Below are positions 27,773 to 41,137 of a stretch of 64,000 bases of DNA, in pieces (the first letter of the stretch is position 1; each line of letters opens with the position of its first letter). The notes below the pieces were generated by a model. That model was given only the letters and a program-made list of their open reading frames with translations. It made no database searches and was not told the DNA's origin. The DNA is from Raillietiella orientalis (taxonomy: Eukaryota), in assembly GCA_036172245.1 (NCBI GenBank), contig JAYWIR010000035.1, positions 1,364,001-1,428,000 on the forward strand. The letters run 5' to 3'. The translations under genes were made by a program, and so were the position numbers.

Positions 27773-27809
27773 CTGCCTACGCAGATGCTAGAGGCAACTG
27801 CGTAGGCAG
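27773..27809. repeat. Short hairpin (12-bp perfect stem plus 3-bp inner stem)
   Basis: ctgcctacgcag-a-tgc-tagag-gca-a-ctgcgtaggcag. Confidence 0.8.
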
Positions 27810-28094
27810 CTGCCCGACAGTTTGCTCTGTTCCACTTCGTTCTAGGACTTCCAACGTCCAACAGGAGATTTGTTTACAGATGGAGAAACAGCTAAAGTTG
27901 GCCATAAGCATCTCTGAATGTATCATCGGGCAGTTAGGCAACAGAGCCCATTTTCCAAATGTTCAAGATGCAATCCTCACTGATGCTGTATGCTTCTGCA
28001 GGGCGAAATCTCCTTGCATGAGAATCGCTGAATCGCTGAAAATCGATGAAACAGTCCCTCATAGATACGTTTTTTTTTTTTTTTTTTTTTTAAA

Positions 28095-28570
28095 GTCTCC
28101 GAAGGGGAACCCCGAAGGGAATCTCCTTCCTCATTCTCTCCGGAGGGAACCCCCCCCTTAATGGGGAGGGGCTGTCCTCTCCATTTCAACTTCTCTGAAG
28201 GGAACCCGGAAAAGATCCGCTAGCAGGAATTTCTTCTCCGGAGGGAACCCGCAAGGGAACCGCTCCTGTTCACTCCTCTGAAGAAAACCCCGAAGGGACG
28301 CTTCCGAAATTCAGAAGGAGCGCTGCAGCTTCCCACAGAGGGATCGCTCTCGCTTGCTTCCTTGCACTCTTCTGGAGAGGCGGCGACTTGGAGGGTCTCC
28401 CCCGCAACAGGGGGGTCTGCTCCTTTGAACAACTGGAGAGGTGCCCGTGAGGGCTCCTGCTCCATCTTGAAACCGGAGGGGTCCCCCGATGAGGGGGGTC
28501 CGCTCTCCGTTGCACGACCGGAGGGGGAACTCTCCACTCCTTTATTCCTGGGAAGACCCGAAGGTCAATT
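28095..28570 (+). repeat. Degenerate ~41-55-bp minisatellite (core tctc(c/t)g(a/g)agggaacccg..aaggga)
   Basis: Units start near 28096, 28137, 28192, 28234 and 28276, then decay to ~28570. Confidence 0.75.
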
Positions 28571-29759
28571 TCCCATTGTTCCGGCCTTCATCGGGGGCCT
28601 CCGGCTTTATCCACCGCAGGTGCCACGCCCGAATGATTAGGCCAACCCGCGACATTGCAGGAGGAACTCGGCACCCGACGCCGCAGTGGCGTCAGTTTCT
28701 GCCGAATATTCGAACCCGCAACGCGTGGTGCCACGCGCGGAAGCCTTAACCACAAAGCCTCCGAAGCGGGCCTTGTGGATAGATATGTTTCTATTCTTCC
28801 GTGCAATTGCACTGGATTTCGAGTATATCCCATCCCAACCCGATGCCCCTAAGAACCTGCCCGACTACCCTGATGCTAGCAATGATTCCCTTGCTTTTCT
28901 GATGATGGTCTCAAGCATTCCTTACTTGAATCGCCCTCATAGAATCTAGTTCTAGATTTCCTAATGTTTCGTTTTCTGAGAACGCTCAGAGGCAGAATCT
29001 CAGCAAAGGACTTCCCAAGTACTGCGACCGGAAGATCAAGTGTTGTGAAGAACTCATGTACACCACTGAACATTCTTCGGAACCTCAAAAGTCTGTGCAG
29101 GTTTTTTAATCTTCCGCCGTCTCCGAAGAATCTCTTGCATTCTTCCACTTGGTTCGTGCTCTCCATAGCATTTCGGAAAGAGCTGGCTTCTTGTCTTCGA
29201 TTCGAAATCTATCTTAAGGTACTTCCTGTGCTTCAGGACTCGCCATTTATTTGCACGTTTTATTCACAGCAACCAGATTTTCCTAGCTGATTGCCTTCGA
29301 GACATTCGTGTGAGGAAAAAAAAAAAAGCCTTACCACTTAAACCAATCAACCATTCCTTCAGTAGTGCAAAAGCTCTCCATATGTTAAATCGAAGAGATC
29401 GAGAGCACTAGGAGCAATAAAATCCTTTTGAATCATCTCGCCTCATAAATTTATAAGATTGTTAATTTTATCTCTCATGGGTTTTCCATCGACCAAGTGA
29501 AGGCGTGCAGAGGTGAAACGAAACGAAATTTGACTTTTCAGTTCAACGTGCTGTGAAACAAAGCTGTATTTGCAGCTGATGGTCGTTGGCAGGGACCATC
29601 GGCAACACACACGGAGAGTGAAGCGTGTGGCTGTCCAGAGGGCATACTATAAGCATTCCTATGACCAGGAACTTAAAGCTGCAGGCTAGACAGCTAAGGA
29701 GAGAATCAATAACACTTCAGCAAAAACACCAGAAGACTGCTTGAAAGCTGAAGAATAGG

Positions 29760-30120
29760 TGTGGTGAATTTACAACGCAAGGTAGCTGTCGAGAGTGGAT
29801 GCAAGCAAACATTGAAAACAGCTGATTTTGGAGTCACTATAGGGAGATTGAGACCAAAGAACATAGAATGGCAAGTCTGGATGGTCTGCAGAATTAACAA
29901 AGCTACACAGAACACAAAACTCCTTTAGGTTTAACGAGATCCACCTTGGATCTTGGAAACTTAAAGATTGGAAACCCAACTACCAACTGGATAAGGCAGA
30001 CACACCTGGACATCCTGAAACAGTGTATTTGCACTGCTCACGCAGTAACAGAATCCCTGAGGACATTATGATCTCCGGGTTTCTTAGCAACATTGAAATT
30101 CCTAAACGAAACACCGAGCA
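29760..30120 (+). mobile_element. Degenerate 3' end of an I/Loa-like non-LTR retrotransposon ORF2
   Basis: Across frameshifts: GRLRPKNIEW, LTR/IHLG, QTHLDILKQC, TLKFLNET. This resembles the KL..IKP...W / LTRLRIG / HIL..C / LKFLKET C-terminus of RNase H-bearing LINEs. Confidence 0.35.
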
Positions 30121-33100
30121 GCCGATCAGGAGATACTGTAAACGCTACCAGATTCCACTGGAGTTGAATCTTCAAAAATGATGCAAGCATATAGGAAGAA
30201 ATCCTCTGGAGATGAGAATTCTTGTTGCTTACAGCAGCTGCAGCTAACCACTTCGAGGCGATCTTGGCTAAGGCGAGATCTACTCAGATCCTCGCTAAGG
30301 CACTACGAAAATTACAGATGTTTCTTCCAATAGCACAGAATTCGTCCAGAGGGAGACTTGGATGAGAACTGCTATGAACTTTAAAAAAAAAACTCCTCTC
30401 GCATGTTTACAACTATATTTAAATCTGTATATTTACCTCTTCACTCTTTTTCATTCGACAGTCTTTGAAGCCAAGAATCGCAAATTTGTTTCTCTGCAAA
30501 ATTTTTTTCAAGAATCATAAAATTCGCTCTCTGCCTCTCTCCCACTCCATGCTGAAATTCAGTCGTGAAATCCTCTAGCGAACGGAACTAGACACAAGCA
30601 GTTGCTGCTAACAGCACCTTATTATGTCAGTAGACAGGAATTCTGACTCTCTGGTCGGTTTGCAAAATCAAATTCAACAGATCCTCAAAGAGCCACGAAA
30701 GGTGGAGGGACATTCCGTTCGTTCCACCGATCTCAGGTGGCTACTGACTTATTAGCATACGAAAAGCTCAGACTCGACCTGTAGTGGTTAGGTCAGCACA
30801 CTTTTCCAAGCGTGCTGGCGCTCTGTAAGAGCTTGCAGGATGACCGATTCCATACGGCCTTTACACGAAATCTCTAAGAATCTCCAAAAGTGATGGAATT
30901 AGATGAAGTCTCTCGGCTGCTCTTTCCGTATTCTAATTTTTTATGTATATGTGTATTTATATCATGGACACATAATAGAGGCATCACGGAAATGTTTGGA
31001 AGTTGTTTCCAATTCCATAGAATATGTCTTTTCAATAGGTGTCTGTTGTTGTTGTTGTTTTTTCGTATTTTTTGCTGGTCCACGTTCGGAGTTTTCTCTT
31101 AGAAGATGCATTTGAACTAGCTATCCCAGTAACCAATTCTAAATCATTTGCTTTGAGACTCAGCATGTTCTTCGGTTTCTTTATTTATGCAGTGTCCGAA
31201 CATTTCTCTATCTATTCCTATTTCTAGATCAAGCAGTTGTTTGCTAATTCGCCCGAATTCCCTACAAGTAGAGAACACCGTAAATGTCGAACGGTTGGCT
31301 CTGGGAACTTGTAGTGTTCGTAAATCCGATTCCCATTCTCCCGAAAGTTTGCAGTCAAGTTTGCATTTTTGCGGTTTGCATAGCAGAAACTTGTTCCCAT
31401 CCAAAAGCTTGTCCACGGCCAAATGAGTCCCAGTTCCCAAAAACACGAAGGCAGAGTAGTTGCCTGTCGATTGCTTCATATCACTGAGGACTATTCTTTC
31501 TCTACGTCTGCTGGATGAGCTGAATGTTCTCTCGAGTGTTTGTCTTCTTGTGGCATTGCCTAAGGTCATTTCACCTAGCCACACTAGATGGAGTTTCCTA
31601 CGTTTCTTCCAAAGATGTCCAGCCCATCCTATTCAAATTCAGTCGTAGCTATGAGTGCTCCTTCGAGTTTGAGGACAAAATATTCCCTCGGATGTTGAAC
31701 TAGCTCCTGCAGAACGCTCTTTTCCTTGAGCCATGAGCTTTCAACAGAGTAGGGCATACAATGTTTTTGTTAGTCATCTCCCTGATTCAAGTAAAATAAA
31801 TCTTGTTAATACCGCTATTATAGTTAAATTCATTCTTGATAATGACCCAGAAAATCATTCATTACAACTGGCAGTTGACATTACGCATGATGACTCCTGA
31901 AGGAGTTACGTTACCATCAGACGTAATGTTGGAAATAGCGAGATGTTTGATGCATTTCTTCCTGGTCATGTGCCGCACTTAATCTCTTTAGTGGCTGTCT
32001 AAGAACGCTCTTTTTCTGTTATCCGTCATACCGTATCTTATTACAACCGCAGATCAATAGATAGAATAATAGTTGCAAGGTTATTCACGGTTCTGTTCGA
32101 GTAAACTTTTTCGAAGTCTTCTTGGTAACACTGGAATTCTGTACTTATAAAACTGGTTCTGACCTGCACTTCTGCTGTGAAACAAGCTTGGAAGCCTCGA
32201 CTCTCTCGCACATACCTAGAATAGAGTATCATATGCTCCTCATAATTTCAGTGAATAATACACAGGTAATATGCAAGCTCATCCTTCTGCTTCAGCACCT
32301 CGTTCTTCAGCACCGCACGCATCCACGGTACATGTCTGATCTCCGCACCAATTCTTCTTATTGCAGCACAGTCTTCATTTTGAATTCATGTGACACTGAA
32401 GCTGTCGCCAACTTGTCCATACTGGAACGTGAGGGTATTCGTGAGACGTGAATCCATTATTTTGGCTGCTTTCTGTTGCCTTTCTTTCTTTGAATGCCAT
32501 CGAAGAATCCGCCTCCGACAGGCTTCCTAGGCTAGCTCTTCGAGTTTGCTATGAAAAAACTATCCTCCAAGATCCTGCCTACCTCCGTAATCTTAAATCA
32601 AGGACAGGAAGGGGTAGCGGAAGGGTTGGTAAGGATGCGCAAGAATTATGAATATAATCGGCTGAAGATTCCCAGTTTCGAAGGCAACCAAATGAAGGGA
32701 AGATAGCAAGGGGACTGCAAAAAAGGCTGGAAAACCTTCGGAAGCATGCACGATGAGAGAGATGGTGGAAAGGACTCTGGACGCTGGAGCAAGCAAAGAG
32801 CTTGATCGACTGTTCACGTGGTTGATTCAGAATACAAACTTTGCGGTGGTTAACAACAAGGAAACGAGTTTATTGGCTGTTGAACTTCCCTCTCAGTGTC
32901 TCGTGAGTGAAATTCCCTTCATGAAACCCGTCTCACCTCCCGGAGCCCTGAAGGTGCTGTCGAATAAGGCAACAAACCATATGCCATGCCGATTAAACTC
33001 CACAACTGTCATGCCGATGAGATGTGCAGTGAGGTGCTCCTTAATTCTCTTTGCAGCTCGCTCAAGGAAACGGACTCTTGTCCTCTGATGTGACTCGTTC

Positions 33101-36100
33101 CCATGGGTCCAAATCCAAATTCATGATTTAGAATTGACTGCGAACGAGGTGGATAAATTCGGGAAATGCGGGGATGCTGGAAACGGGATGCCCCAAGGGT
33201 TCCGATCTGAAGGCTTGGAAAGCAAGCGATGCGACACGCGGATCTAGGATACCACATGAAATGGCACGAGATTCTACATCTGAGCGTCGGTCTCTGGGCA
33301 GCCCTCCCCTGATTCTTGACAACCGAACAGAGTAGGCTGTTAGTTTGAGTCCTGCATCAGCGTTCCGTGGTAGTTATTCTACAATCATGCTCTTCTCTTC
33401 CTATGTTTTCCTTTTTACTCTTTTACATGGCTCTGGTTTTCAACCCATTCGGCTGCATCTTACCTTTACCCTCTCAGCTGATAAGACCACTGAAGAACAA
33501 ATTGATGCATATATTCTGTGTTCCTAAAGCTCTTTTAAGCTGCATTTTACAAATAGCATCCTTCGAAAATTAGTTGGACTGTTGGATGCGAAAGCAGCAG
33601 TGTGAGGTGATTGCCATATGTCCTTCACGAAATTCATCAGCTTGGAATTCCACCTGCAGTCTGCTCACCTCTTTAATTTCAAACACATACTGGATTCCTT
33701 CGCCAAAGCTCAATGCACCCAGTAATGTGGGAAACGGACACAAGCAAATAATATGGCCTAAAGAAATTCTTTGAAAATCAAAATGTCTTCTAAGACAATT
33801 CCAAGACAGTGTAAATCCTTCGGAAGAAATGCCTGATGATGCTCGTATAGAATGTAGCCACGAATGGAATATTCAAGGCAAAAATTAAATTTGACTCATA
33901 AATTGTGAACAAACAAATCACTGAAATAAAAACAGAAAGTCAGCCACTTAAATTAAAGTTGGCTTTAATAGCTCGCTCCACCTACAAAATATGTATGGAG
34001 CTAATGGAACCGTTGTATGGGTTTTTGGATAGCAGTGCTGGACGGATTTGTTTTTGACCATTTTGATTGTCCTTGCTGAGTGATTCGGGGATCAGGGCAG
34101 CAACTCGTATTTGTGCAAAACGTTGGTTTTAAACCTGCTGACGATTTGAATCGGTTCGTGCAAAAGAATATTCGAATGTGGAAAAAAAGAAAAAATTGTA
34201 CTCCTGTTTCGTTGAGCATGAGCTCTTACGTTCTCTGGCTGCCTTGGTGTTATTCCACTGAATCAGATGAATAAAGAATCCCACTCGCCTGTAGATCGGC
34301 GTAGTGATGCCTATATTTACGATAAACGGGGTAAATATCCATAGCATATTTAGATGGCTGCTGTGGCATAACAGCTTTCCAAATTCTCAACTTTTTACGA
34401 TATCTATAGACTACATGTTCCAGACATTTGATTGAGTTTCCTGTTTGCATCCACGGACTGTGCTTTCTACAAACTTCTGGAAGGACCTTTGGTCTCCATC
34501 CTGCTTTTCAGTTTCTCGATCTCAGTATCGGTATTAGATGAGCATCACAGCAGTTATCTTCACTGATGGGCTTGGATGAAAATACCCTGCAAATGCACTT
34601 GCTCTCGTTTTATATCGGCCTGGTGTTCTCTTGAAGTGTTTGAAACAAATCTGTACGTATGTGACTATGTGACTCACTATATCGATGTGAACCTATGTTT
34701 CGGCGTTTGCGTGGCAGCATTCGGTTGAAAATGCATTTTATCCACGTGCTGTGTTTTATTCGTAACTTTAAATAAAAATCGAGAAAAAACCATGCATGAT
34801 GATTGCGTGTCCTCCCGCCGAAAAACACAGCACGTGGAGTATGAAAGAAATCATTCCAACCCTGGCAATAAGGAAGAAAGAAGAACACACACGGAGAGAA
34901 TCTCGCTCCAAATTCACAATTATCATCCCCGGATCACAGATCTTCCGGAGCGGCGACGGCCGCAGATAAATCTGTGGAAGACTTAAAGGTAAACTCCGAA
35001 TTCCTACTGTTTCCAGAAACTGGATTAAGTCTAGTGCTTGCATAGTGCTTTTGCTCGAAAGGAAGGTGAATCTAGGAGGAATGATGCCTCCTCAGATGTA
35101 ATCACGAAGAGCTCTTCCTATGATGAACAATGACATAAGTATGGATTTTAATGATACACCAAAATAATTTGTGTGCCTGTTAGAGATCAGCTTGCTTTCT
35201 CCATGCGACAAACGCATTTTCCTTCCACCGGAATCCTCTTATGCCATTTAGGGAGAAAAAAAAAAAAAAAAAAATCATCTTCCTAAAATTTGCTGTCTCG
35301 TGAAAATTCTTCCTAAACCAAAAGGATGAACTTAAAAGGAAGCCTTACCTATAAATCACACGCATCTAAGAAGGTAAAAGTTATTTTTTAAGAATACTTT
35401 TGAATTATGAGTTCCATCAGAAAAAGTAGAAATGCCATGATCATTCCTGCACGATCACTCTCGAAAATCAAATCGAAGTTGTTTGCATTTCATCGTTCAC
35501 TCGCAAGACTTTGGAATAAGGATGGAATGATGGAAATTTGGACGGAAAAGAATAGGACTTTTCCGGAGAAAGAGGACGATGATCGGATTTTATGCAAGAT
35601 TTCCATTCCTGAAATTCACGCGCCTTCGTAAGACAGGAAAACATCCCCACACCCACACAATGCTCAGTAAGTTTTCTTCTATTCCATCAAAACATGCAAA
35701 TAGACAAAATAGTTTCTTTTGATTATCGCTGCTTTCTGACTCCTAAGGCTGATTTCGATTCGGATACACAGCGGTAAGTACCTTTGAGATGGGTTCCGCA
35801 CTGCTCATTTGTTTCGCCAATCCAGCCAGCCATCTATCCTGATGAGGGGCACCACGAACATCAGACAAAAAGATGTTTATTTACGCCATAATTAAAAAGA
35901 GACAACGTTACACGATTTTGTGTTTCATCGAAACTTTTACAGTCCGAGTTGTATTGAGACGGTTCTGGGCAGAGTCTGCTTTGCAAATTGTGCATCTCAT
36001 CAGCGATTTGGCACACTAGCATGTCTTACAGGTTCGTTAGCATTTCTGAGCACGGCTCCTATGATTCAGAACGATCAACATGACTTCCTACTCAGTTTTT

Positions 36101-38352
36101 ACTTTTTTTTCACGAGGAAGTGTGTTCATACTAGACCCAAACAGAAGGAAATCAATGGAAATGATTAAATACCTTTACGTGATTTTGCTGTAGAGTATTA
36201 TGGCAAGCCATTCAGACTGGGGTACAATAAACAAGAACACACAATGGTAGCCTCGTTTACATTATTTTTCCCTCTTTTTCAATACCTTCTGCCTCAAACG
36301 CATCTGCTGTAACGATGATCAACTTTCAGAGGGAAAAGTACCAAATTGGATAGATCCTTGAGGAACCAAAATGAAAAGTAGATATGTACGAAGGACCGTA
36401 GCAAGGGGGGAGACTACCGAAACATCCAGAATTGGAACACGGTAGATACGCTGTAAGAGGCAATGGGAGAATTGAGTATTATTTGAGAAAGTGGGCCAGT
36501 TCCTTGATCGCAGACACCGGGCACCCTTCAAAAGCGAGTCCTCAGAGGCATTCAAAACAACAGGCAAACCTCCGAGGAAGGCATTTGTCTTTGAAAGATG
36601 CTTGTGCTTAAAAACCAAGGCGAACAACCTCCACTGTCGACTGACATAAATAAGATACAGAAGCTGATGTGGATGCTTTCAGAAAGTGGACGCAAAGTTG
36701 AAATTAAGGGAATGGAATTGGTAGCTCTGAAGTTCCCGGGAAATTCGCGACCATCGCGTGATCAATTTAAAAGTGCATCCACAAAATCCCTTATGCGAAA
36801 GGGCTTTAGAAAGTGACTTCATGGATGTACAATCCATGGCAACAAAATAAGTCAAGGAAAACATGGAACATTTTAGTTTCGAAGTAAGCAAACTGCAGCT
36901 AACAGAGTACAGTGTTTGCTTTTTACCATGTTGTACAAAAAGTGTTTGCCATACGACAATGGAAAAACATCTTCGAAGACCTTTAAACGCAAATAACAGT
37001 AAGAGCATAACTTGGAGATAAATTTGGATGTTTGCAACACGAACACATGAAAGCAGCTTAGATGAAGTGTTCCAACCAGCCAGATGTGGAGAAAAGATGG
37101 AATGGTGGACGCTTTGTTCCCCAGTGTTATTTGCCAAGATTCGAGGGATGCAAACCAAGAATAGAATATACAGGCTATAGGATACTACACTTTGCTTTGC
37201 AGTATCAAAGTGTGTGGCATGTAGGAAAATAACCACGAAGCATGCTGAGGAGGACTTCACGACGAACTGCAATCCGAAACCTCCTTGAAAAGAACACGAA
37301 AGCAACTCTCAGCTCAGAACAAAATCATTTACAGCAGAGTTTCCACTGAAAGAGCTTTGTAACCATGAAAATCAGGGAGAAGATAACTAAGGAAGAGCGA
37401 TAGAGAGAACCGTAAGAACACAACATGGAAGGACATTTTTTTTTTATTCAGACAGTCAGAAGAAAAAGTGGGGAAAAGAAATTACGATTAGCACACTTAA
37501 CATCCGCTGTGGCTAAAATATTATATTACGAGATGTTGAAAACCAACGGATGCGAATTTTTCCCGCAGAGAACTTGCGTGCATCAATTAAAAATGTCGAA
37601 TCTTCGAAGTGATGCAGGTTTTTTGCACCCTTTTCCCTTCCTAATGTAAAAACACTCCGAATGAGGATACAGAACCCGAATTACCTTCATGCGTGGTATT
37701 TAGAAATGCGTGTGTCTGCCACGGCTTCTTTACTCGAGCGTGGGTTGACTTTGTTTAGGTTGACGCTTTCCGTACATGCATGATCACGAACAAGTGCAGC
37801 AGTGTACGTATGCTTCTCCGTTCGGTTTCTCCTGCATAATCGAGGTGCATTGCATTTTTTCCGAATTCAAAGATTAAAGCTTTTCGAAGAAGCCGCCAGC
37901 CAAAAATAAATTGCAGGAATTGGAGGACACACGGCGATTACCATTCTGTAGTGGCGCGAGCCGAAGACAGACATTTGTTTCGTTTCCTGACCGCTCCACA
38001 GGGACCAACACAAATGTGCATTGGGTTTCTGGCTGGAAAACATCCGTTCAAGCTCTGCAAACGTATTCCCCGAACAAGTGTATCTCATCCCGAATAGGCA
38101 ACCAACGGATCGAGGTTTCCTGATAAATTGCCTCCCATAAGACTTGGATTCTAAAACAAATCTAGCAGGAATTTGAATTCTAATTTTTCATTATGCAAAT
38201 ACATGTTACTCCCCTCTAATGAAGATTCTGGTGAAACCACAGTAAATTGAAATCCGAAACCAGCGAACACATTAGAAAAAAAAAAAAAAAATTCGATCAT
38301 GGGCTGATTCAAACTGAGGATTAAAAATAACTCAAATTTATTTACTTATTAC

Positions 38353-38358
38353 TTTATT
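38353..38358 (-). terminator. Polyadenylation signal AATAAA for ZER1
   Basis: tttatt on + strand ~40 nt downstream of the ZER1 stop; a second copy lies at 38337-38342. Confidence 0.6.
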
Positions 38359-38395
38359 TAGAAAACTCTGTATGAATGGGAATTTTACAATCACA

Positions 38396-41137
38396 TCAGT
38401 CTGGATGTGTAGAACTGTTTTCACGGCAGTTTTCCAAAACAATTTCTGATAAGCGCTGAATTTGGGCATAAATTGGATGACTATGGTTGGTTTCCTTCAA
38501 TATCTTTTCCAGTAATGCAATTCCTTTTTCTTCTCGAACGAGTTGACAATACTTATCAGCTATTCACCAGTTTTGTTTTCTTTTGTTTGTTTGAGGAAAG
38601 CAATACTTACGATAGACTGTTGTTAAGTTGGCCAATGCCCATGTGGCCCAATACTGAGCTTCTGGAGTATTATTACATTGCACTAAACGAAATATGGGTT
38701 CAAATGATCTGCAAAAAACTAGTAATGCCTCTGCAAAATAAGTGTTACTAACCTGTAATTAATATTTCTACTTTTCTTCAGATCCCACCGATCAATAGCT
38801 TGAGTCATTCGTGCCAATACCTGGTTCCGTGAAGGACTGGTGATTTTCCACTGAGACTCTCCATCAGACATCAGATGAGACAGTGCTCCTGCAGCATTAT
38901 AGCTCACCTGCATAATGCCAAGATAATGAAGAGCTATAAAATCATGCATACTTCAATGCCATCACTGGTACTATCTAGTAAATCCATGAAAACACGGACA
39001 AACTCAGTAGTCATGAGATATTCCCTAAGTTTAGGAACCTCTGCCACATTTCCCATCAATCCCATCATATTGCGTAGCAAGTCATCTTTACCAGGGAACT
39101 TCTAAAAAAATTCATGACTACTGGAATCGCTGATTTCTACTTGCCGTCAAACACTGCAAAAACAAATGCATTCCACCTCCTTGAAGGAAGCGCCAACAAT
39201 TGACTGGAGTTTCATCTGTTACATTCCACATGGTGGACCAGGAAATTTCCAACACTTCATCACACAAATGCTTACTTAAGCGATCTTTTATAAGATCTAA
39301 CATTGTCTAAAAATATATGCATGAATACGACATGAAACATGCACAGAGATAGCTTACAGAGATAGCTCCCAAATCGCCAACTAATCGTTTCTGGTATCCT
39401 TCTACCTGGCAAGCCAAAGAATTCAGAAGGTAAATACCCACTCTTTGAACAAATTCTTCCTGATCTTTTTCCTGAACAATATGGAGCAAAATTCGCACCA
39501 ATCTTTCATAATCAAAAAGCTTGGAAAGAATCATTAGGCACTTTTACAACAACATGAGAAGTACTTACTACATCTTGTGGTATGGAAAAGTGACAAAGAG
39601 TGAGACAGCCGTTTCGTATCATTGTTGTATCATTCCAATGCTCCATCATACCATCAAGCAGGGTGCGTAATATTAATTGGCGCAACTTCGTATTTATGCT
39701 GTGTTTATCCTCTCCTTTCACAATATAAAACAGGGAAGCACTAAAAACACTGTATGCTCTATTGAATTAATAAGCACTACCTTCCGGCAATTTGGATATC
39801 TTTATCATGCAGATGTCTTCTCATGCCCTGAATAACCACATGCATTGCTCTGCAATTGTTATGGCATGTTTCATAACGAAATATGTGGAAGAGATCATTG
39901 AGAACCCCTTGTATAACACGTGGGCGGTCCAGATACGCTTCAGCTGCATTTAGAATTTGCTCTTCACTTCCATCTCCAGTAATCTATTCCCACTGAATAA
40001 ACAAACTCGAAAATTTTGAAATTACCTTCTTGGCAGGTATATGATGCCGAAGACATGCATCATATGCTGTTCGGTATAAACCCAAAAAATCCAATGGATT
40101 TGAAATACGACTTTTCAGTCCAGGAATATCAGTCTGTTCCACTGAACGACCATTTTTATTTGTGAATTCACTCTCAGCAATGCCTGTGCCTGCCAGATTG
40201 GTGCCAGATATGTCTAGAGACTGCAGAGAAACAAGATTTCTAACCAGGGTATCCAAAACCTTATTTGGATTTCTGTAATTACCCTGAGGCTCTTTGCTTT
40301 GAGAAATATCTAAATGTCTAAAATGCAAAATTGTGGAATCGTTCCCTCCTCCCCAGAAAACGCTTACCTTAAAGTGGTTAGACTACATAATGCTGACCAA
40401 GATTCATGAAGTTTGGGGACATCATGCAAAATTAAAGAAGTAAGACTCTTCAAACTGTTCAAATAAGCCATATTTCCAAGAAAACAGCAATCACTCAAAT
40501 CCAAATAAGTCAACATACTTAAAGGTTTCAGTAATAAGGAGAAATAACATTGTTCTGGAGGGACTTTCAATCCTTTAAGGATTAGTTTTCTCAATTTAGG
40601 AGCATTGATCAGATATCCAAGCTTATGATATACACTATAGGTAGAGCCAAAATCTTTTATATCTAATTCATCATTGAAATCTTCAGGATACAGCGATTCA
40701 GGAAAAATCTGCACGGAGTTGCCGATAATAAGTGAATGCAAATTCTGTCCATGCTCATTTATCTTGGCTAAGCTTCCTGTTTGCAGAAGACTGCAGTTAT
40801 TCATGTTCAACACATGCAGATTATGATTCAAAATAAGAGCTAAGTCACTATCTGTCACCTGAGAATCCTCGATGTGAACTTTTCTTAATCTGGTATGATC
40901 TAAATCTTTGAAAATGGACAGAAAATTATTAATAGAGAGAGGTTTTTCAGAAATGCTGAAGTATATTTCCAGAAACTTCTCGCATATTTCTGTTGGAAGT
41001 GCTAGACCTTCAATCAGTAATATACTGTTTGAATCTGCTTTATGAACACAAAACGTACTGGGATTTTTGATACAAACTATTGCACACAAGTTACTTAAAC
41101 TGTCAGGATAACTTTCATTCCAGATATCTGTTTCCAT
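38396..41137 (-). CDS. ZER1: Protein zer-1 homolog (CRL2 substrate receptor; BC/VHL box, LRRs, ARM-like C-terminus), 775 aa
   Basis: Exons 41137-40368, 40317-40026, 39983-39781, 39740-39569, 39519-39358, 39306-39145, 39101-38952, 38907-38753, 38708-38611 and 38559-38396 join in frame (2328 nt). Motifs: PDSLSNLC (BC box), LDISGTNLAG, IQIAGSASLFY, WSTMWNVTDETPVNC, LLRNMMGLMGNVAEV, RNINYRSFEPI, QYWATWALANLT. Confidence 0.95.

Noticed and set aside
28095..28570. Regularly spaced repeats as a CRISPR-like array
   Set aside because: Units are degenerate tandem copies without identical repeats or unique spacers; eukaryotic context and no cas genes.
30770..30850. tRNA/SINE-like head (ctgtagtggttaggtcagcac)
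   Set aside because: No B-box/T-loop (GTTCRA) and no cloverleaf.
34250..34450. MPQQPSKYAMDI resembles the piggyBac P.KP.KYG.K motif
   Set aside because: Single motif only; no flanking DDD motifs, TIRs or TTAA ends found.
36700..37250. QPDVEKRWN resembles the hAT DV.TRWN motif (likewise YLCIIH at ~32250, minus strand)
   Set aside because: Isolated short matches without convincing neighbouring motifs; may be very old relics but unsupported.
1..38000. Numerous 60-250-aa ORFs on both strands (e.g. 2849-3529, 7467-8168, 9417-10163, 14427-15095)
   Set aside because: They overlap in all frames, are Arg/Ser/Pro-rich with no recognisable domain, and form no consistent exon chain; expected by chance in GC-rich DNA.
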